Source of the DNA: Thermoanaerobaculia bacterium
Lineage (GTDB): Bacteria; Acidobacteriota; Thermoanaerobaculia; Gp7-AA8
Length of the DNA: 64,000 nt
Direction: 5' to 3'
Assembly: GCA_017883235.1 (NCBI GenBank)
Contig: JADGNY010000017.1
Span: forward strand, 585 to 64,584
Positions within the stretch are counted from its first letter, which is position 1. Each line of letters starts with the position of its first letter. Shown here piece after piece: positions 9,055 to 16,288 of this stretch. The translations under genes were made by a program, and so were the position numbers. The notes below the pieces were generated by a model. It had not been told where the DNA came from. It was given only the letters and a program-made list of their open reading frames with translations, and ran no database searches.

Positions 9055-9603
9055 TTGGAGCTCCTGCCCGGCCGCGGCCGGCAGCTTTCCCGATGGCGGG
9101 GTACCCGCGTCGGAAGATGGGAGGCTAAGAGGGGTGAGTCCAGAGGTTCTGACTTAGTTCAGAAGGACTGAAGAGCCGAGGAAGTTTCCCCGACGAGTGG
9201 CTACCATACGCGCTTTGGGCGGGGGTGTCACGAGGCAATTTGGGAGGAGGGAAGGGGGTTATGGTGGTCTTCATCCGAAGGTTCCAAGGCTCGAGACGCT
9301 GGTAGGCCGTACATCGAAAAGTGGTTTCAGAAGAGCAAGGATTTTCATTCGAGCAGGCTCCTTCGTGTGACAAACGGCCGGCCTTCCTGGGGTCACCGCC
9401 AGATCGAAGCACGAGACACTTCCGCGATGCGCCATCGGCTGATCAACCAAGGTTCGGCGTCAGATGAAGATAGCGCCAACGCAGTCATCGGGCTTATTTC
9501 CTGGTTCCAGCACGCTGGGGGGGTAGGGAAATCTCGCTCAGCGTCACTCCTCTCTCAGAAGCATGGATAACAAAGGGTTATCAATGCGACCCGAAAGGTT
9601 GCC

Positions 9604-10605
9604 GTGATCGTTCATGCGTGTATCTATCTCCTTGTCGCCTGTGGGCTGAGCGGATGCTTGTTCGGAATCGGGTGGGTACTCACGGTTCTGATGCAGGGCG
9701 ACCTGATGGCCTCGCAGCTCACCACGGCGTGGTTCACGACTTTCAATGGCCTCTTGGTCGGCGCCACGGGGTATGGGCTGCTGTTCTTTATCGCGCGTGA
9801 GCGGCACCGCGTGCAGCTGGCACTCTCGAACGTTTTCAACGTCCCCTCCGAATGTCTGCCCGAGTTCACCCTTCGCCTGGATCGGATTCGCCGGTGGCCC
9901 CTGCGCGGTTACGTTACGGTACTGCTGACGCTTGTCGGCAGCATTGTTCTCATTGGCGCCGGCATTCCATTGCAGGGCCTCGCGCATGTGTACTTGACAA
10001 TCGCAGTCGTCTCCTACTACTGCATTGGTGGCTACATGCTGATGATTCTGGTGGCAATTCTCGGCGTGTTCGACTACGTCAATGACAACTCTTCGCCTGA
10101 TCGCTCGCAGCGGTTTAGCCTCAAGGCGCCACTGCGGTCGATCGAGGCGAAGACGATCGACTTGTATCTGATCATCAGCGCCTTGTTGGGACTTGTGGCG
10201 ATTTATGTCGCCGTTCGAACTACATTGACAGCCTTCCCGAAGACGGCCCCTTATTACGACCTGATGGTATTGCCGCTGTTCTTTTTTGTCCCGGCAACGC
10301 TCGTCTACAGCTTCTACCCGCGCTATGTCCTTCGAGAAGTCTGGGAATCTGATACATACGAGCTGCTTGAGCGGCTCGTGCCCGACTCTTTGCTCGACGG
10401 GAACGATGACCCTAAGGGACGACTCGAGTTGCGCAAGCTCTTGATTGAGGTGAAAGCGAAACTGATCGAGGAGCGTAAGGCGACACCGATTCTCAGCTTT
10501 CGCGACGCGCCGGCGCTGACACTTGCGGCCTTCACCGCCGCTCAGTTCTTGCTGCAGAAAGATGCCGTCCTGGTGAACTTTCTCAAATCGATTTTCAAGT
10601 GGTGA
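9604..10605 (+). CDS. polytopic membrane protein, unknown family
   Basis: 333 aa with about 6-7 hydrophobic helices and a charged helical C-terminus. The start is a GTG, so it is uncertain. GC is lower than in the flanks. Confidence 0.6.
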   Translation: MIVHACIYLLVACGLSGCLFGIGWVLTVLMQGDLMASQLTTAWFTTFNGLLVGATGYGLLFFIARERHRVQLALSNVFNVPSECLPEFTLRLDRIRRWPLRGYVTVLLTLVGSIVLIGAGIPLQGLAHVYLTIAVVSYYCIGGYMLMILVAILGVFDYVNDNSSPDRSQRFSLKAPLRSIEAKTIDLYLIISALLGLVAIYVAVRTTLTAFPKTAPYYDLMVLPLFFFVPATLVYSFYPRYVLREVWESDTYELLERLVPDSLLDGNDDPKGRLELRKLLIEVKAKLIEERKATPILSFRDAPALTLAAFTAAQFLLQKDAVLVNFLKSIFKW

Positions 10606-11938
10606 TAGCTCGGGCCACGCCGCCCGCGAATGCCGAAAGCAACGTCCAGTTCCGCGCCTTCGTCAACGTGCGGAGGGTCATTGCCACGCCCGCTGCCGTG
10701 GTATCGAAGTCGCCAAAAAAGAGCTCGTTCATGAGCTGGTGATTGCGTAAACGATCTGCCTCGACAACGATCGTGCGAAAGCGTCTGCTCGACCATTGCA
10801 GGATGTCACGGAACAAGGCAAGCTGAATCGCCTGATTCAAACGACCGATTTTGCCTGGTGCTTCTGACAGCTCGCTTGCGGCAAGCCGATCGTGGTGCAA
10901 CCGATCAGCGAGAAACGCTGCTACATCACGGTAACTGAGTAGCATTCGCGTAAGCGCCGTGCCGCTTGCCGCCGGATGAACTTGGCCAGCTTCACCATAA
11001 AAGAAAAGCCTGTCAAGCGCGCGACGTTTGATGCGAACCACGGGGATGATGCCGCCAAGAAAGGAACGCTTACGGGGATCCGCAATGAATTTGCTATAGG
11101 GCGACTTGCGAACAACGAATTCGAACTCTGCACTGAGGTTAGTGCTAGGCCGAAGTTCGCGTGCAGGGATGATCAGTACGATGTGGAGTTGGCCGTCACT
11201 GGTCGGGAACGCCTCTACGTAGGCCGCGTGTTCGCTTAGTGAGAGATTGTGCAGCGCGACCGGCATCAGCGTGCCCGTCATTGGAAAGGTTGCGCCGTGC
11301 AGTAGGTAGTAGCCAGCAATACGGCCACATCCTTCTGCCATGATGATGGGCGACTGATGCCCCATGCAGTCGATTGCTAGTCTTGCTGTAATCCTTTCGC
11401 CGTTGGCCATGATCGTGAGACCAGTGCGCCCGCGCGCATAGCTGTAGAAGGTCTGCCCAAATGCGACCACACCGCCGCGCTCCTGCGTACGTTGGAGTAG
11501 CAGACAAGTGAGCGCGGTCGTGTTCCACAGACGATATGATCCCTCGCTCCGATAGGTGGCACCATCGAAAGCGATGAAATCCATCGAGTCGAGCGCCCAG
11601 TCGGCCGCGCTCGCTAGGTCCGCGTTACGCGTAAGCGCCTCTTCCGTGGTGACCCAGTACTTTGTCACCGCCGGCCGCTCGTTGCGCTCAAGTACAAGAA
11701 CGCGTGACACGCGACTTAGCTCCGATGCCAGGAGGAGCCCAGCGACACCGGCGCCGAGTATCACGACGTCGTAGTGTGCTTGCTGCGATAACCCTTTGTT
11801 ATCGGCTTTCGCGGAGTGCGCGTGACCGAGTGGCAGGTCGCCGCGGGCACGCTTACGGAAACACTCTGGGATGTCGCTATCGTGGGTGGCGGCCCCGCAG
11901 GTACGATAGCGGCGCTTCATCTTGCGCGAGGTGGTCAA
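10595..11938 (-). CDS. lycopene-cyclase-family-like FAD flavoprotein (start uncertain)
   Basis: Dinucleotide-binding motif DVVILGAGVAGLLLA and a late motif FFYGEAGQVHPAASGTA. The ~50 aa before GxGxxG look non-native, so the true start is probably downstream of 11938. Confidence 0.6.
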   Translation of the reverse strand: MTTSRKMKRRYRTCGAATHDSDIPECFRKRARGDLPLGHAHSAKADNKGLSQQAHYDVVILGAGVAGLLLASELSRVSRVLVLERNERPAVTKYWVTTEEALTRNADLASAADWALDSMDFIAFDGATYRSEGSYRLWNTTALTCLLLQRTQERGGVVAFGQTFYSYARGRTGLTIMANGERITARLAIDCMGHQSPIIMAEGCGRIAGYYLLHGATFPMTGTLMPVALHNLSLSEHAAYVEAFPTSDGQLHIVLIIPARELRPSTNLSAEFEFVVRKSPYSKFIADPRKRSFLGGIIPVVRIKRRALDRLFFYGEAGQVHPAASGTALTRMLLSYRDVAAFLADRLHHDRLAASELSEAPGKIGRLNQAIQLALFRDILQWSSRRFRTIVVEADRLRNHQLMNELFFGDFDTTAAGVAMTLRTLTKARNWTLLSAFAGGVARAITT

Positions 11939-13012
11939 CGCGTGGTTGTGCTCGAGCGGGCGTTGTATCCGCGCGAGAAAGTGTGTGGCGACGCACTAAT
12001 TCCTGATGCAATTCGAGCGCTGAGTCGCGCCGGACTGCTGGAGGCTGTCGAGCGCCGCGCAGCCGAGACGTCGATGCTGCAGGTGTTTAGTCCGTCGATG
12101 ATTGGGATGACACTTTCGATGCGCGCACTCACGATTAAGCGTGTCGAGCTGGACGCGATACTTGCTGAGGCAGCAGTGGATGCAGGCGCCGTCGTAGCGC
12201 AAGGACACGTTGAGCGGGTCGACTCGGGCGAGGTGGCGCAGCTTGCAATTCGCGGCGTTCAGGGATCGCTGCGGGCAAAGGTCGCGATCATTGCTACAGG
12301 CGCGGATGCGCGGTTGCTGTCTCCGTTGGGCATGCTCTCACGTGCCGAACCTAGCGTGATCGCGGTGCGGCGATACATCCGCTCCAGCGTGAAGCTAGAT
12401 CACCTTGTCTTCTCATTCGACCGAACCATCGCTCCGGGGTACGCGTGGCTCTTTCCCTTGCGGGACGGCGAGTTCAACGTCGGCTGCGGAATGGCATACC
12501 GTCATCATCGAGTCAACCTGTCTGAAACGCTCGATCGTTTTCTATATAAGTTCGAGCCACTCCGCGAGGTCGCGGAGAACATCACACACATGATGCCTCT
12601 GAGGGGCGCCGTGCTCCGATGCGGCCTCAATGGCACCATCGCATTGCGGCCGCCAAACGTGCTTGCGATCGGAGAAAGCCTCGGCGCGACGTTTCCCCTG
12701 ACTGGTGAGGGTATTGGCAAGGCAATGGACACCGGCGAGCTCGCCGCTGGCATTGTCCTGCGCGCACTCGCTGCGAGCGACCTCTCGATCCTCGCCTCGT
12801 TTCCCGCTGCGCTCGATTCTCTTCGCGCACGATACCGCGGCTACGAGATCGCCGAACGCTGGATAAGTTCTCCCTGGCTCGCTGATCTCGTGATCCTGCT
12901 CGGTCGACGCAGCCGTTATGCTGCTAGCTGCGCGTCAGCCATCCTCAACGAGACCGCGGACCCCAGAGCGCTCTTCTCGATTTCCGCGCTGCTGAAAATG
13001 CTGTTCTCCTGA
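11816..13012 (+). CDS. geranylgeranyl-reductase-family FAD-dependent oxidoreductase
   Basis: Motifs DVAIVGGGPAGTIAALHLA and REKVCGDALIP are present. The start is GTG at 11816 or 11822. Confidence 0.75.
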   Translation: MRVTEWQVAAGTLTETLWDVAIVGGGPAGTIAALHLARGGQRVVVLERALYPREKVCGDALIPDAIRALSRAGLLEAVERRAAETSMLQVFSPSMIGMTLSMRALTIKRVELDAILAEAAVDAGAVVAQGHVERVDSGEVAQLAIRGVQGSLRAKVAIIATGADARLLSPLGMLSRAEPSVIAVRRYIRSSVKLDHLVFSFDRTIAPGYAWLFPLRDGEFNVGCGMAYRHHRVNLSETLDRFLYKFEPLREVAENITHMMPLRGAVLRCGLNGTIALRPPNVLAIGESLGATFPLTGEGIGKAMDTGELAAGIVLRALAASDLSILASFPAALDSLRARYRGYEIAERWISSPWLADLVILLGRRSRYAASCASAILNETADPRALFSISALLKMLFS

Positions 13013-13184
13013 CGACGGGAACAATCGCCTCGAAAGACGCACTTGGGAATCTGCGTATCGTGCCGCATATTGGCACTTCATCTGCTGCGATTTTCGAGCG
13101 TTGCCGTGATGGCGCGAATCGAAGCCAGACAAGGTTTTCGGGGCCGAAAACGGCTCACTAAACCCTCGTCAAGTGCTAAACATT

Positions 13185-13572
13185 CTACCCCCCCACAATC
13201 CCCCTCCGCGGGTGCCTCTCCGTGATCCTCACCTTCAGCGCCGCGTCCGCGACGTGCGTGTAGATCTCCGTCGTGGAGATACTCCGGTGGCCGAGGAGGC
13301 GTTGGACGTAGCGGATGTCGACGCCTTCCTCCAGGAGGTAGGTGGCGACTGAGTGGCGGAACATGTGGGGAGTGACGCGGTCGCGGACGTCGGAGCGTTC
13401 GCCGTGGAGGCGGATCAGGCGCCGGATCATCTGAGGGGATGCGGCGGCGCCGCGGGAGTTCACCAGGAACGTCTCGGCGGTCGTGGCGCAGAGATCGCGG
13501 GTGGTGCGGTAATCGCTCAGGAGGGACTTGATCTCGTCCGGGACGAAGACCCGGCGCTCGCGGTTGCCTTGG
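13185..13572 (-). pseudogene. truncated tyrosine recombinase (C-terminal ~125 codons only)
   Basis: By eye it is over 90 percent identical at DNA level to 15199..15590. It encodes ...[22 protein letters not shown]...[38 protein letters not shown]. The N-terminal two thirds are missing. Confidence 0.8.
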
Positions 13573-13958
13573 GGTCAAGTCCGTGGGGTCGGACCTTCGT
13601 TTTTCGCAGTAGTGCAAGCGACTGAACCACCATGACTTATCGCCGGCGGATTGCGCTTGATGGTGGGTACGATAGTTATTCGACCTACGCTGTCCGCCAT
13701 CTCGAGTTGAATAGGGCAGCAGAGGACCCGTAAGCGTTCGCTTCGCGAAGGACGGCGGCTGCCTTTCAAATGACGATTGCTACCACCCGAATGACGACGT
13801 CTGCCTCGACATTCAAACCTGCTGCCTTCGTATCAGGAACGTCCGCGGAGAGATCGAGAACTTTTACCTCGATACCCGCAACGGATGCTTCGACAATGAA
13901 ATGGAAAAGGCCGGCTACAGGGACGAGGAGCCCCCCTCCCTTTCCGGCCTGTAGTTCG

Positions 13959-14049
13959 GGGGTCCTTCGGCGTCCTCAGCCGCGAATTCTCATCTGCGCA
14001 AGCACCAACACCACGGACGCGGCTCCGGCAGCCTCAGGATGACAGTGAA
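13959..14049. repeat. half copy of the TCACTGTCATCCTGAGG inverted-repeat element
   Basis: GGGGTCCTTCGGCG...CAGCCTCAGGATGACAGTGAA matches the right half of the element at 48652..48850. Confidence 0.6.
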
Positions 14050-14088
14050 TTAAGAGGCGCTCAACTCCGGGCTTCAATCTTGAGAGGA

Positions 14089-14529
14089 CACTAGTGAGCT
14101 CGTGGAGGTCACCTAGTGAGTCTCTGGAGGCCACCTAGTGACCTCTTGGAGGCCACCTAGTGAGCTCTGGAGGCCACCTAGTGAGCTCGTGGAGGTCACC
14201 TAGTGAGCTCTGGAGGTCACCTAGTGATGTTTTAGAGTGCACTAGTGACCTCCTGGAGGCCACCTAGTGACCTCTTGGAGGCCACCTAGTGACCTCTTGG
14301 AGGCCACCTAGTGACCTCGTGGAGGCCACGTAGTGACCTCTGGAGGCCACCTAGTGACCTCTGGAGGCCACCTAGTGAGCTCTGGAGGCCACCTAGTGAG
14401 CTCTGGAGGCCACTTAGTGAGCTCTGGAGGCCACCTAGTGACCTCGTGGAGGCCACCTAGTGAGCTCTGGAGGTCACCTAGTGAGCTCGTGGAGGTCACT
14501 AGTGGACTCGTGGAGTCGCCTAGTGGACC
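14089..14529. repeat. tandem minisatellite, about 21 copies of a 21/22-bp unit CACCTAGTGAGCTCTGGAGGC
   Basis: Read directly from the sequence. The units are contiguous with no spacers, and variants (GAG/GAC, CTCTGG/CTCGTGG/CTCTTGG) are present. Confidence 0.95.
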
Positions 14530-14586
14530 TTAAACCTAACCCCATGAGGCTTTAAGCCTCTTAGGTAGATCCCAGGATCTGCTAGC

Positions 14587-15009
14587 GTGCAGTTGCCGGC
14601 GGCGGATGCGAAGTCGATTCAGGCGGTGGCCAGCGTGCATCCGGAATTTGCGCAGGCGGCCATCAATGCCATCGGGGCATCCCAGGTGGTTCTGAGCGTC
14701 GTCGGCAGAACGCCGGAGGATCTGCAGCAGGAGACGGAGACGGCGGCGCGCTGGTCGAAGGTGGAGGACGAGCTGAAATCGATGCTTCAGGGCGTCTCCT
14801 CGGCAAACCTGACGCGGCGTCACCGCATCGGCACGTCAGCGCTGCTGACGTACTCGCTGAGCAAGAGCCTGGTGCGCTCACCGGAGCATTCGGCTCTGCT
14901 GCCGCATCTCGCTCTGATGCGGAAAGCAAACCGCTTCGGACGTGCACACAAGTCGGCGCAGCAGCCGCAGACCCCGGCACCGGTACCGGCACCCAAGACC
15001 CAGGTTTGA
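14587..15009 (+). CDS. hypothetical protein
   Basis: 140-aa ORF with a GTG start. The composition looks protein-like but no family is recognised. It lies between the two integrase copies. Confidence 0.35.
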   Translation: MQLPAADAKSIQAVASVHPEFAQAAINAIGASQVVLSVVGRTPEDLQQETETAARWSKVEDELKSMLQGVSSANLTRRHRIGTSALLTYSLSKSLVRSPEHSALLPHLALMRKANRFGRAHKSAQQPQTPAPVPAPKTQV

Positions 15010-15147
15010 CGTAATCAAGCAGTGGGCCGGGCGCGTCTGTACGGCGCGCCCGGCCATTTGGGAGGGTTCGATGAGCAAACAGAACCGCGTTGTCGGTTGT
15101 CGGTTGATTGCGCTGCGGCGCGTTGGGATACGCGCGGCTGCGCCGCT

Positions 15148-15179
15148 GGGCACAGACAGGAGTGTCTGTGCCACATCGG
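15148..15179. repeat. single GGCACAGACA..TGTCTGTGCC palindrome (REP-like, probable bidirectional terminator)
   Basis: 10-bp stem with a 4-nt loop between convergent ORFs. It has the same core as the elements at 25841 and 52502. Confidence 0.6.
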
Positions 15180-15198
15180 TCCTGCTTTCGTGGCAACG

Positions 15199-16119
15199 TC
15201 ATTTCGCGCTAACGATTCCCCTCCTCGGGTGCCTCTCCGTGATCCTCATCTTCAGCGCCGCGTCGGCCACGTGCGTGTAGATCTCCGTCGTCGAGATGCT
15301 CCGGTGGCCGAGGAGGCGTTGGACGTAGCGGATGTCGACGCCTTCCTCGAGGAGGTAGGTGGCGACCGAGTGGCGGAACATGTGAGGGGTGATGCGGTCG
15401 CGGACGTCGGCGCGTTCGCCGTGGAGGCGGATCAGGCGGCGGATCATTTGAGGGGACGCGGCGGCGCCGCGGGAGTTCACCAGGAACGTTTCGGCGGTCG
15501 TGGCGCAGAGATCGCGGGCGGTGCGGTAATCGCTCAGCAGGGGCTTGATCTCGTCCGGGACGAAGACGCGGCGTTCGCGGTTGCCTTTGCCGATGATTGA
15601 GATCGTGCCGTCCTCGACGTCCACCGAGGCGTCGCGGAGGGAGGCCAGCTCGCTCACGCGCATGCCGGTGGCGAAGAGGAGCTCCGTGGCGATGTAGGCG
15701 GTCAGGTCGGCGAAGGTGAGTTGTCCATCGTGCCGGAGAAGGCGTCGGAGGTCGGCGCGGGCGATCACCCGCGGGAGGCGCTTGGGCATGCGGATGCGGA
15801 TGCGCGCGCCGCGGAAGGGGTCTTCGATGCCGCGTCCGTCTTCTTCGAGCCAGTGGAAGAACGAGCGGAGCGTGGCCAGGTGACGCTTGACCGACGCCTC
15901 CTTGAGTGACCGCACGTCGAAGAGGTGGCGGACGTAGTTGTGGATCACGGTGCGGTCGCACGACGCCACCGCCGCGCTCCCGCCGAGAAACTCGGAGAAG
16001 CGGTTGAGATCGAGCTCGTAGGCTCGGGCCGTGTGCGGCGAGAGCTTCCGAATTGACTGACAGTGGCGAATGAATTCGGACGCCGCGCCTCGAAACTCCA
16101 CGTGCGAGCCACCTCCCAA
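15199..16119 (-). CDS. tyrosine recombinase/integrase (XerC/XerD-like)
   Basis: 306 aa. SAM-like N-terminal domain (LSPHTARAYELDLNRF) and catalytic region with ...[12 protein letters not shown]...[15 protein letters not shown]. Confidence 0.9.
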   Translation of the reverse strand: MGGGSHVEFRGAASEFIRHCQSIRKLSPHTARAYELDLNRFSEFLGGSAAVASCDRTVIHNYVRHLFDVRSLKEASVKRHLATLRSFFHWLEEDGRGIEDPFRGARIRIRMPKRLPRVIARADLRRLLRHDGQLTFADLTAYIATELLFATGMRVSELASLRDASVDVEDGTISIIGKGNRERRVFVPDEIKPLLSDYRTARDLCATTAETFLVNSRGAAASPQMIRRLIRLHGERADVRDRITPHMFRHSVATYLLEEGVDIRYVQRLLGHRSISTTEIYTHVADAALKMRITERHPRRGIVSAK

Positions 16120-16193
16120 AATTGACCGGTTTGCGGACGTTACTCGACGCGGAGCGGTTACGCGACCGGAGTTCTGTACGTATGGCTGGGCGC

Positions 16194-16285
16194 GGGGGTC
16201 GGGAGTCGGGAGTCGGGGGTCGGATCGGGAGTGTCGCGAGTCTGCGGCGATCGTGTTCTACGACTCCCGACTCCCGACCCCCGAC
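16194..16285. repeat. long hairpin whose stems are tandem GGGAGTC heptamers
   Basis: Left arm GGGGGTCGGGAGTCGGGAGTCGGGGGTCGG; right arm CGACTCCCGACTCCCGACCCCCGAC. It starts 3 nt after the SNF2 stop codon. Confidence 0.85.
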
Positions 16286-16288
16286 ACC

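Noticed and set aside
9125-9570. ORFs 9125..9412 (minus strand) and 9367..9570 (plus strand), and an RNase P-like GAGGAAGT motif near 9180
   Set aside because: The ORFs have poor composition and no RBS. The motif does not extend to the conserved RNase P core (GAGGAAAGTCCGGGC), and no other known ncRNA signature was recognised.
13770-14042. 90-aa ORF between the truncated integrase and minisatellite A
   Set aside because: It is Thr/Ser/Ala/Pro-rich with no RBS, and it partly covers the half MITE element.
14089-14529. CRISPR array interpretation of the three tandem arrays (also 33231-33545 and 48971-49264)
   Set aside because: The units are directly contiguous with no unique spacers, the 21-bp units are shorter than CRISPR repeats, and no cas genes are in the window.
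14308-14533. 63-aa and 66-aa ORFs across minisatellite A
   Set aside because: Rejected for the same reason: a repeat-generated open frame on both strands.
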